64,000 nt of DNA from NCBI GenBank assembly GCA_036506475.1, contig DASXRR010000329.1, forward strand, positions 388 through 64,387. The letters run 5' to 3'. A program made the position numbers and the translations under genes. Shown in pieces: positions 48,880 through 56,967 of this stretch. Below the pieces are notes generated by a model. That model had not been told where the DNA came from, did no database searches, and saw nothing but the letters and a program-made list of their open reading frames with translations. The first letter of the stretch is position 1. Every line of letters starts with the position of its first letter. The DNA comes from Chloroflexota bacterium (GTDB lineage Bacteria > Chloroflexota > UBA6077 > CF-72).

Positions 48880-49044
48880 TTAGTCGAGCTTGCGTGGCGG
48901 GAACCAATCGAGCCACTCGGCACGTGCCAAACGCTGCTGCCGGACCTGGCGTACCTTGGCCGCCGCCTCGTGCTGTTTGCGGTCGACGGCTGCCTGAGCG
49001 TGGTCAGGGCAATCCTTCGGATGCGTGTACTTGCTACGCATCAT
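48880..49044 (-). CDS. Small (54 aa) helical hypothetical protein, translationally coupled to the zinc-ribbon gene
   Basis: Its ATG overlaps the TGA of the upstream gene (ATGA at 49041-49044). Product MMRSKYTHPKDCPDHAQAAVDRKQHEAAAKVRQVRQQRLARAEWLDWFPPRKLD. Confidence 0.4.
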   Translation of the reverse strand: MMRSKYTHPKDCPDHAQAAVDRKQHEAAAKVRQVRQQRLARAEWLDWFPPRKLD

Positions 49045-49232
49045 GAGGTCAGCCCTGCGACAGCGGCAGCAGACGTCGGTTCCGTTTGCCGGCTGGCGCG
49101 CCGCACTGCGCGGCATGCGCGGCAACGGGTAGGCGTGCCCGTAGACCCGCGCCTGGCCAGGAACTCCTGCTCGCGGGCAGTCAGGGAAAACATCTGTTCG
49201 CACTCGCGGCAGATAAGGGATTGTTCGGTCAT
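49041..49232 (-). CDS. Zinc-ribbon (zf-trcl-like, CxxC…CxxC) small protein
   Basis: …LICRECEQMFSLTAREQEFLARRGSTGTPTRCRACRAVRRA… parallels the N-terminal module of the 49577 gene (CRDCGQAFTFTSGEQDFYASRGFSEPSRCPDCRAARKA). Confidence 0.65.
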   Translation of the reverse strand: MTEQSLICRECEQMFSLTAREQEFLARRGSTGTPTRCRACRAVRRASRQTEPTSAAAVAGLTS

Positions 49233-49430
49233 CGTGGGCAGCCCCCTTCGAAGAAAGGATCGGCCCCGCTGGAAGGACGTGATCCGGACAAGGCTGGTTC
49301 CGTCAACACAATAGACTCGACGAGCGCAGAAGAGGAACGAGCCAGCACGTACACCTTAACAACAAAGACCCGAAAACACACTAATGCAAACGTCCTTTGA
49401 TGTCTTTCTGTTCGCGCGCCATGGTTCGTT

Positions 49431-49459
49431 TTTGGTAAACGAGAGAAAATCGACTATGA
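49431..49459 (+). promoter_or_regulatory. Near-consensus sigma-70 promoter candidate (TTGGTA-N17-TATGAT)
   Basis: Located in the most AT-rich stretch of the window, ~115 nt upstream of the 49577 ATG. This would give a long 5' UTR. Confidence 0.4.
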
Positions 49460-49576
49460 TAGGTGTGAACTAGCCGCATTCCTTTGCTTCGTTGTCACAT
49501 CACGCGTTGACGGAGCCCGTATCGCGCCGCTTGGCTTGCTGGTTCGTCGAGTGGTTTTCTGAGGGAGCTGTCAATT

Positions 49577-49930
49577 ATGTCGGCCGATCTATCTTTGGCC
49601 TGCCGCGACTGCGGCCAGGCATTTACCTTTACCAGCGGCGAGCAGGATTTCTACGCCAGCCGCGGATTCAGCGAACCGAGCCGCTGCCCGGACTGTCGTG
49701 CTGCCCGCAAGGCCCAGCGCGACGGCGGTTCGACTAGTAGCTACGGGTCGTCTTACAGTGGCGGCGGTCGTGCGGCGCGCGAGATGTTCAGCGCCACTTG
49801 TTCTGGCTGTGGTCAAGAGGCCCAGGTGCCGTTCCAGCCGAGTAACGACAAGCCGGTCTACTGCTCGGCGTGCTTCGAGCAGCGCGGCGGCGCCAGCCGA
49901 TCTGGCGGTTACGGCCGCAGCCGCTACTAA
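49577..49930 (+). CDS. Zinc-ribbon protein: zf-trcl module plus CxxC-x17-CxxC module with Gly/Ser/Tyr/Arg-rich linker and tail
   Basis: SD GAGGGAG. CRDC…CPDC, then CSGCGQEAQVPFQPSNDKPVYCSAC. Low-complexity …SSYGSSYSGGGR… and …SRSGGYGRSRY. Confidence 0.8.
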   Translation: MSADLSLACRDCGQAFTFTSGEQDFYASRGFSEPSRCPDCRAARKAQRDGGSTSSYGSSYSGGGRAAREMFSATCSGCGQEAQVPFQPSNDKPVYCSACFEQRGGASRSGGYGRSRY

Positions 49931-49975
49931 GGGCCCCGGCATTCGCCCGCCGTGCACCTGAAAGGAGGAGCAACC

Positions 49976-50053
49976 ATGTCCAAGAAAGGTGGCAACAAGA
50001 CCAAGCGTCCACCGAAGCCTGCGATGGAGAACAAAGGCCCCAAGGGCAAGTAG
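49976..50053 (+). CDS. 25-aa lysine-rich micro-protein (MSKKGGNKTKRPPKPAMENKGPKGK)
   Basis: AAAGGAGGAG ends 5 nt before the ATG. Host-like AAG-biased Lys codons. 45 nt downstream of the zinc-ribbon gene stop. Below the ORF-track length cut-off. Confidence 0.45.
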   Translation: MSKKGGNKTKRPPKPAMENKGPKGK

Positions 50054-50058
50054 TCAGG

Positions 50059-50471
50059 TCATTCCACGTCGCCCCGTGCCTCTGTCGTGAGCGCGGCGGC
50101 GACGGCGTCGTCCAGACCGCACGCCTGCCTAGCGGCCCACTCGGCTGCAACAGAAGCACGCCCGAGCTCGTCCCACGTGAGCGCCAGCGCTCAGTCGAAA
50201 GTCGGCACGATCGTTGGGCGGAAGTGGTGCCCGATTGGCTGCGCGCCAGGCGTCGGCGGCGCCGAACTGCCACGCCCCTTTCGCATGCTAGCCGTTTGCG
50301 GCGGCCAGCTCCGCCAGCCCCTCCCGGCAACACCGCGAGCCGCCAGATGGCCAGGGTCGTCTCCTGGTGCGCCCGCGCGGCCACGTAGTTGACCTCGTTG
50401 TGCGCCAATGCCGTGGCGCTGTCGAGGACCCGACCGTGCACTGCTGGCGGCACGTCGGCCGACAGATCCAC
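50059..50471 (-). pseudogene. Apparent frameshifted gene remnant
   Basis: Protein-like segments occur in all three minus-strand frames in succession: MDLSADVPPAVHGRVLDSATALAHNEVNYVAARAHQETTLAIWRL…, …PIGHHFRPTIVPTFD*, …ALALTWDELGRASVAAEWAARQACGLDDAVAAALTTEARGDVE*. No single intact ORF with sensible composition. Confidence 0.25.
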
Positions 50472-50484
50472 CGCTAAGGCCGTT

Positions 50485-51978
50485 TTACGGATACGTCGCG
50501 TCGGGCTCGAACGGATAGAGCGGCCGCCGGCGCCGTCGATAGTCGAACGTCGACAGATCCGCCGCCGACGCGCCCGGTGTGTTCACCAGCAGCATTTCGG
50601 CGGCGATGGGCTGATACGCCGGCCGAGGCGACACCACACCTTTGGCCACGATAATCCGGAAGTCCTCGGGCCGCACGCCAACCGTGTAGTACTGTTGCCG
50701 ACTGGTATTCAGGTAGCGTGTCGACACGAGCAACAAAGTGTGCCCATCGTCGGTCTGGAGCACAACTGAGGTGCCATTGTTGAAGTAGCGAAAGCCGCCG
50801 TGGACCGGCTCCGGCTCCTCGAACCGGCCATCCGCGATCAGCCGCACCACGCCTGAGACGGTCAGCGGCGGACCATGCAAGTCGTCCGTCGAACCACCCA
50901 GCGAAAGTCTCACCCGCGCGCCGACGCCGGCCGCAACACACGCGGCGACCGCATCGGCAGCCCGAAATGTCTCGAGCAATCCGCGCACGCCGAGCCGTTG
51001 GGCCTCGGCCAGGATGAACGTCGAGTCGCCCGCACTGCCGGCGCCTACGTTGTCGCCCACGTCCAAGAGCAAAACCGGACCGCGTGGCGCCTGAACGGCA
51101 TGCTCGAGTGCCTCGCGCGGCGTATAGGTCGGCGCATCGGCCAGCGCGTCCCGCCGCGCCCACGCGCGCTCGGCCATCCAGCGCGCAGCATTCCGCGCGA
51201 CAATTGGGTCGCCGTCGGCCACGGCGTAGAACGCGGCGCCCATCTCGGCCACGTCCGCCCACGGGTAGCCCTGGCCCATGCTGGTGTGGATGACGCCCGG
51301 TGTCTGGTTGGCAGCCTCCACATCGGCCATCACGCTGCGCATCGGCTCCTCACGCGTGTCCTGGCGCAGGATGCTGATGACCATCGGCGGCATCTCCAGC
51401 GCAGCGACGGGTTGAATCTCGCCCCGAATTGTGCGCACCAGGATCTCGCACGCGTCCATCGCGCGCTCCCGCGCATCCATATGCGGATTGGTCCGATAGA
51501 CCACGATTGCCTGCGTCTGCTCGACCATCTGCTGCGACAGATTGGCGTGCAAATCGAGCGTCATGACCACCGGCACATCCGCGCCAATCAGCGCCCGCAC
51601 GCGCGTTGCGATTTCGCCGTCGACATCCGGAAACTGCTCGGATACCGCCGCGCCCATCTGATTGAGCAACACTCCGTCCCACGGCCCGTGGTCGCGTAGT
51701 AGCTGCAGCATCTCGCCGACGATTCGATCGAACGCGTCGCTGGTGATCGTGCCCGAGGGATCGTTGACCGCGAAGAGCAGCGGCACGAGCTCGAAGCCGA
51801 ACTCATCAGCCGCCTGAAAGTAGCCGGCGAAGGTCGAGTGCGACGCTCGCTGATTGCGCTCGATGTCATCACCTCGCCACAGTCCGCCGTAGCTCGACGC
51901 GCTGAACGATTCGTACGTGGTCGCGAACGAGGAGAACGTGTTGGTCTCGTGGTGCAGGCCAAGTGCGGCGATGCGCAT
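50485..51978 (-). CDS. M81 family metallopeptidase (MlrC/DUF1485-like)
   Basis: AAGGAGG before the ATG at 51978. MRIAALGLHHETNTF…SDAFDRIVGEMLQLLRDHGPWDGVLLNQMGA…. Confidence 0.85.
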   Translation of the reverse strand: MRIAALGLHHETNTFSSFATTYESFSASSYGGLWRGDDIERNQRASHSTFAGYFQAADEFGFELVPLLFAVNDPSGTITSDAFDRIVGEMLQLLRDHGPWDGVLLNQMGAAVSEQFPDVDGEIATRVRALIGADVPVVMTLDLHANLSQQMVEQTQAIVVYRTNPHMDARERAMDACEILVRTIRGEIQPVAALEMPPMVISILRQDTREEPMRSVMADVEAANQTPGVIHTSMGQGYPWADVAEMGAAFYAVADGDPIVARNAARWMAERAWARRDALADAPTYTPREALEHAVQAPRGPVLLLDVGDNVGAGSAGDSTFILAEAQRLGVRGLLETFRAADAVAACVAAGVGARVRLSLGGSTDDLHGPPLTVSGVVRLIADGRFEEPEPVHGGFRYFNNGTSVVLQTDDGHTLLLVSTRYLNTSRQQYYTVGVRPEDFRIIVAKGVVSPRPAYQPIAAEMLLVNTPGASAADLSTFDYRRRRRPLYPFEPDATYP

Positions 51979-52037
51979 GGCGCCTCCTTGAACATGGTTG
52001 ACGGTCAGCGCGCGGCAAACGTATTGTGGACCACTCG

Positions 52038-53516
52038 ATGAGGCTCGCGGCGCTTGGTATGGCGCACGAAACAAATACCTTCGCCAGGGACGCGACGGAC
52101 TTCGCCGCGTTCGTTCAGAGTGGCATCCTGCGCGGCGAGGAGATCGTGCGCGACTACGGCGAGTCGCATGCCACGATGGCCGGCTTCCTCGAAGCGCGGG
52201 CAACGCTGGGCGTCGACGTCGTGCCACTGCTGTTCACATTCACGAATCCGAACGGCACGATCACCAGCGACGCGTTCGATCGAATCGTCGGCGAGATGCT
52301 GCAACTGCTGCGCGATCGGGGACCGTGGGACGGCGTGCTCCTGGCGCAGCACGGCGCGGCAGTCTCGGAGGCGTATCCAGACATGGATGGCGAGGTCGCG
52401 GCCCGTGTCCGAGCACTGGTCGGCCCCGACGTGCCGATCGGCATGGCGCCCGACATGCACGCCAATCTGTCGCACAAGATGATCGACAACACGACCGTCA
52501 CGGTCGTCTATCGCACCAATCCGCACCTCGATCCCCGCCCGCGCGCGCTCGAGTGCGCCGAGCTCATCGTGCGCACGATCAAGGGCGAGATTCGACCCGT
52601 CCAGGCGCTCGAGACGCCGCCCGTGGTCATCAACATCGTCAAGCAGTTCACCGGCGAGGAGCCCATGCGCAGCCTGGTCGCCGACGTCGAGGAGGTTATC
52701 CAGCGCCCTGGCATGCTGTCGGCCAGCGTCGCCGAGGGCTACCCGTACGCCGACGTCGCCGAGATGGGCATGGCCTTCCTGGCAATTAGCGACGGCGATG
52801 CTAGCGCGGCCCGCAAGGCAGCGCAGTGGATGGCCCGCCGCGCCTGGTCCATGCGCGAGCAGTTTGTCGCCGACACGCCGGCACCCGAGTCGGCGCTCCG
52901 GACAGCCATGGCCGCGCCAAAAGGCCCGATCGTGCTCATGGACGTCGGCGACAATATTGGCGGCGGCAGCCCGGCGGACTCGACGATCCTGCTCGAAGCC
53001 GCCCAGCGCCTCGGCGTGCGCAGTTACTTGCAGACGCTGCGCGATCCGCGGGCGGTGTCGGAGTGCATCGCCGCTGGCGTCGGCTCCACCGTGTCGCTAC
53101 GGGTAGGCGCCAAAACGGATGACCGCCACGGCTCGCCAGTCCAGGTCACCGGCGTCGTGCGCCGCATCTCCGATGGCAAATTCGAAGATCCGACGCCAAC
53201 GCATGGCGGATTCCGTTTCTTCGATGGCGGTCCAACCGTCGTCCTGGAGACGGAGGATGACCATACGCTGGTGCTGACCACGCGTTTGATCGGCAACACC
53301 AGTCTGCAACAGATGTACTCCGTTGGCGTCCGGCCGGAGACAAAACACGTTGTCGTCGCCAAAGGCGTCGTCTCACCCCGGCCAGCGTATGCCCCAATCG
53401 CCGCCCAGGTCGTACTCGTCAATACTCCAGGTGTCACTACGTCTGATTTGTCGACCTTTGAGTACACGCGCCGTCGCCGCCCGCTGTATCCGTTCGAGCC
53501 CGATGCCACCTACTGA
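52038..53516 (+). CDS. M81 family metallopeptidase (MlrC/DUF1485-like), divergent paralog
   Basis: MRLAALGMAHETNTF…SDAFDRIVGEMLQLLRDRGPWDGVLLAQHGA…, collinear with the minus-strand paralog over its full length. Confidence 0.85.
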   Translation: MRLAALGMAHETNTFARDATDFAAFVQSGILRGEEIVRDYGESHATMAGFLEARATLGVDVVPLLFTFTNPNGTITSDAFDRIVGEMLQLLRDRGPWDGVLLAQHGAAVSEAYPDMDGEVAARVRALVGPDVPIGMAPDMHANLSHKMIDNTTVTVVYRTNPHLDPRPRALECAELIVRTIKGEIRPVQALETPPVVINIVKQFTGEEPMRSLVADVEEVIQRPGMLSASVAEGYPYADVAEMGMAFLAISDGDASAARKAAQWMARRAWSMREQFVADTPAPESALRTAMAAPKGPIVLMDVGDNIGGGSPADSTILLEAAQRLGVRSYLQTLRDPRAVSECIAAGVGSTVSLRVGAKTDDRHGSPVQVTGVVRRISDGKFEDPTPTHGGFRFFDGGPTVVLETEDDHTLVLTTRLIGNTSLQQMYSVGVRPETKHVVVAKGVVSPRPAYAPIAAQVVLVNTPGVTTSDLSTFEYTRRRRPLYPFEPDATY

Positions 53517-54816
53517 CCAGCACCGCTCCTACGCGAATTCGGAGCGTCTGCACGCGGCCGCCAGCGAAGTCCTGGCCGGCGGCACGAACAGCAACTTCCG
53601 TCAGTGGGGCCAGCCCGTACCGCTGGTCTTCGAACGCGCTAGCGGTTCGCGGCTCTACGACGTCGACGGCAACAGCTACGTCGACTACGCGCTAGGTATG
53701 GGTCCAAACATCCTCGGCCATGCTCCCGAGCCCGTCCTCCGGGCTGTCGCCGACAGTCTCGGCCAGGGCCAGCTGTTCGCTGGCCAGCACGTCGCGGAGG
53801 CGACGCTCGCGCGCCGCGTGTGCGAGATCGTGCCGTGCGCCGAGCTGGTGCGCTTCGGCGTCGCTGGCTCGGAAATGGACCAGCTCGCCCTGCGCCTGGC
53901 GCGCGCCTATACCCGTCGCTCGAAGGTCGTGAAATTCGAGGGCCACTACCACGGCTGGTTCGATACCGTCCTGGTCAGCGTCGCCCCGCCGTTGGACAAG
54001 GCCGGTCCAGAGCATGCGCCAACGCCATACCTTCCGACCGCTGGCCAGTCTGCTCTTGCCGCCGCCGACATAGCCGTACTGCCCTGGAACAACCTGGACG
54101 CCGTCCGCGCGTATCTCGAAGCACATGCCCACGAAACCGCCGCACTGCTCATGGAGCCGATCCTGTGCAACACCAGCGTCATCCTCCCCCGCCCCGGCTA
54201 CCTCGAGGGCGTGCGCAAGTTGTGCGACCAGTACGACGTGCTGCTCATCTTCGACGAGGTCATCACTGGTTTCCGGGTCGCCCTGGGCGGTGCCCAGGCC
54301 AAGCTTGGCGTGACACCCGATCTAGCTGTATTCGCGAAGTCCCTGGCCGGCGGCTTTCCCATCGGCGCCGTCGCCGGTAAACGAGCCATCATGGCATTGC
54401 TCGGCGACGGTTCGGTCCTGCACGGCGGCAGCTTCAACGGCCACACCGCCAGCGTCGCCGCCGCCCTGGCCACGCTCGAACAGCTAGCTCGCGACGGCAT
54501 CTTCACAGGCATGGAAGAGCAAGGCGAGACTCTCATGGAAGGCCTACGCCAGGTCGCCCAGAAAGCCGCCATCCCTTTCCTGGTCCAGGGCGTAGGCACC
54601 GTCTTCAACACCGCCTTCACCGACCAGCCCGCCGTCTACGATTACCGCTCCTACGTCCCAGCCGACGCGGAAAAGTTGAAACGCTTCCTGCACGCACTCC
54701 AGGACAACGGCATCCGCCCGACCAGCCGCGGCACCTGGTTCCTATCCACCGCCCATACCAACGCCGATATCGAAGAAACAATCAGCGCTGCCGAACGCGC
54801 GCTCGCCACGCTCTGA
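53503..54816 (+). CDS. Class-III (GSA-aminomutase-like) PLP-dependent aminotransferase
   Basis: …VLAGGTNSNFR…YVDYALGMGPNILGH…IFDEVITGFRV…FAKSLAGGFPIGAV…. 14-nt overlap with the MlrC gene. Confidence 0.85.
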   Translation: MPPTDQHRSYANSERLHAAASEVLAGGTNSNFRQWGQPVPLVFERASGSRLYDVDGNSYVDYALGMGPNILGHAPEPVLRAVADSLGQGQLFAGQHVAEATLARRVCEIVPCAELVRFGVAGSEMDQLALRLARAYTRRSKVVKFEGHYHGWFDTVLVSVAPPLDKAGPEHAPTPYLPTAGQSALAAADIAVLPWNNLDAVRAYLEAHAHETAALLMEPILCNTSVILPRPGYLEGVRKLCDQYDVLLIFDEVITGFRVALGGAQAKLGVTPDLAVFAKSLAGGFPIGAVAGKRAIMALLGDGSVLHGGSFNGHTASVAAALATLEQLARDGIFTGMEEQGETLMEGLRQVAQKAAIPFLVQGVGTVFNTAFTDQPAVYDYRSYVPADAEKLKRFLHALQDNGIRPTSRGTWFLSTAHTNADIEETISAAERALATL

Positions 54817-54818
54817 CC

Positions 54819-55688
54819 CTAACGGAGTCCAGGCACACGGCGGCGTGCGATCTGGTCCGCGGTCGGCCGTTCGACGTCGTACACCAGGCCGACGCGCTCC
54901 AGTGCAACGATCAAACACGCCGACGCATCTAATTGCCCGGCATCCAGACCGTGGATGGCCGAACGTGGAAACGCGTGGTGATTGTTGTGCCAGCCCTCGC
55001 CCAATGCGAGCAGCCCCACCAGCCACTGGTTTCGACTTCTGTCCGCGGTGACGAAGGACCGAGTGCCGAAAGTGTGGCACACCGAATTGACACTCCAGGT
55101 CGCGTGGTGGAGCAGAAAGGTGCGTACGAATCCGCCCCACAACAGGCCCGACCAGCCGCCGAGCGCGAGCGGCACGGCGAGACTCAGCAGACTCCACACG
55201 ACGTTGGTGCGATCGACAAACACGACCAGACGGTCCTGGATGATGTCTTGACAATAGTGTTGCGCGTCGGCTTGCTCGGCACTGAACAGCCAGCCCAGGT
55301 GGGCATGGAGCAAACCGTCGAGCGGGCTGTGCGGATCACCCTCGCGATCGGACCGCGCGTGGTGCTTGCGGTGATTCGCGGTCCAGTCCAGTGGCGCGCC
55401 TTCGATGGCCATCGAACCCAACACCAGCAACACGAATCGAACCAGCCCGGGTGCCCGAAAGCCGCGGTGGGCGAGCATGCGGTGATAGCCGGTCGTCAGC
55501 CCGAGCGAGATGGGCACATACATGCCCGCGAGGAGCGCAAGATCGCGCCATGACACTGCCTGTGCCCAGAGCAGCCAGACGGCATACACGCACGCGACGA
55601 GTGGCGCAATCACTACAAACAGCACGAGCGCCTGGTGGGCGCGCACGCTCAGGCGTTTGCGGGCCGGGACGGACAGCGTTGCAAACAC
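54819..55688 (-). CDS. Membrane acyl-CoA/acyl-lipid desaturase (Delta9 type)
   Basis: His boxes HRMLAH, HRKHH, HNNHH. The GTG at 55688 is preceded by AGGAG, which overlaps the upstream gene's stop. The ORF-track start at 55838 would overlap the upstream gene by more than 140 nt. Confidence 0.85.
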   Translation of the reverse strand: MFATLSVPARKRLSVRAHQALVLFVVIAPLVACVYAVWLLWAQAVSWRDLALLAGMYVPISLGLTTGYHRMLAHRGFRAPGLVRFVLLVLGSMAIEGAPLDWTANHRKHHARSDREGDPHSPLDGLLHAHLGWLFSAEQADAQHYCQDIIQDRLVVFVDRTNVVWSLLSLAVPLALGGWSGLLWGGFVRTFLLHHATWSVNSVCHTFGTRSFVTADRSRNQWLVGLLALGEGWHNNHHAFPRSAIHGLDAGQLDASACLIVALERVGLVYDVERPTADQIARRRVPGLR

Positions 55689-55695
55689 GCCGCTC

Positions 55696-56967
55696 CTAGC
55701 TTCGGCCGCTCTGGCGCGTGTGAGCCGCCGCGAAATTCGCGCTGCCATAGCTGGCCATCGATGCCGCGGCGGAGATCTCCAGACACAGCGCGGCGGCGGC
55801 GACGATTTGCGCCAGGCGATACGCGCTACCCGGACCATGACAGCGCATCAGCGACAGATATGCCCGCGCATGTGGCAGTCCGGTGCCGCCGCCAACGGTC
55901 CCGACCTCCACACCCGACAGCCGGATGGCCGCGTGGATGCCGCCTTCGACCGGCTGCAGCAGGTCGTGCGCCATGCTGCTGGTGCCAACCATGCCCAGGT
56001 CCTGTCCAGTCGCCGCGAACAGCGCGGCAATCGCGGACGCCGGTGTAAACGCGACCGACTGCATGTCACTGGCGTGACTGCCATGCAGCCCAGCGTGCTC
56101 CAACGCAACGAGGTCGGCGACGGTCGTGCGTAACATTCGGCGTAGTGTCTCGTCGCACAGCGTCGCTTCGGCCAGCACCGTCTTGCCGTGCCCGCCGGCG
56201 ATGAAGTACTGCGCGCTGGGTTTCTTGTCGCCGCCCATATTTGTCTCCAGAAACATGCGCAGCGGATGGAAGCCGCATTCCGCGGCGAAACGGTCGAGCA
56301 CGAATGCGTGGTTCAGTGCGTGTGCGTTGCGCGTCACCATGTTCGGTCCACACGCCTCACCGGTCGTGAAGCGGTACAGCACATGGCACACCGGCCCGAG
56401 AACATGCGTATCGACTTCCCACAGTCGGGCATGACGACTCAGGCGCGCCGCTCCACCGAGTTGCTCCTGATACAGCGGATTGGCCGGGTCGCGCAGCCAC
56501 GCGCGCATATCGACCGTATGCGCGGCGATCCAACGCGCGAAGATCACCGCCTGCTCGGTGGTTTGGAACGCGAAACACGAATCACGTGTCATTCGGTCGT
56601 GCACCACGTGCGTCCGTACGCCGCCGTCCTGAAGGACCGCGTTCATACCACGCAGCATCGACGCTGACAGGCCACCTTCTGTGTGCGCGAGCGGCACGAA
56701 TACGTCGTCCGTCTCGCGCCCATCCTCCACAATAGCGCCGTTCACGTCATCCAGGCGGTACTGGCCCAGGCTCACGCGCAATGGGCCGACCACACTGACC
56801 GGCAGAAGCATGTGCCCGGTCAACGCCTCCTGGGCAGTGGCAAATTCCTCCGCCGGGCGCGGCCAGTCCAGTACGAACTGGTGCTCGGGCGACCAGTCGG
56901 CGAGCCCGCGCAGCAGCGCTTGTCGCTCGGCGATCGAGGCCGGCGTATTCTTACGTGGCCAATGCAT
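55696..56967 (-). CDS. HMG-CoA reductase family protein, divergent (non-canonical Asp motif)
   Basis: …PLAHTEGGLSASMLRGMN…, …TTGEACGPNMVTRN… (canonical GDAMGxN), …GVEVGTVGGGTGL…. The ATG at 56967 lies 17 nt inside the end of the upstream gene. Confidence 0.75.
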   Translation of the reverse strand: MHWPRKNTPASIAERQALLRGLADWSPEHQFVLDWPRPAEEFATAQEALTGHMLLPVSVVGPLRVSLGQYRLDDVNGAIVEDGRETDDVFVPLAHTEGGLSASMLRGMNAVLQDGGVRTHVVHDRMTRDSCFAFQTTEQAVIFARWIAAHTVDMRAWLRDPANPLYQEQLGGAARLSRHARLWEVDTHVLGPVCHVLYRFTTGEACGPNMVTRNAHALNHAFVLDRFAAECGFHPLRMFLETNMGGDKKPSAQYFIAGGHGKTVLAEATLCDETLRRMLRTTVADLVALEHAGLHGSHASDMQSVAFTPASAIAALFAATGQDLGMVGTSSMAHDLLQPVEGGIHAAIRLSGVEVGTVGGGTGLPHARAYLSLMRCHGPGSAYRLAQIVAAAALCLEISAAASMASYGSANFAAAHTRQSGRS

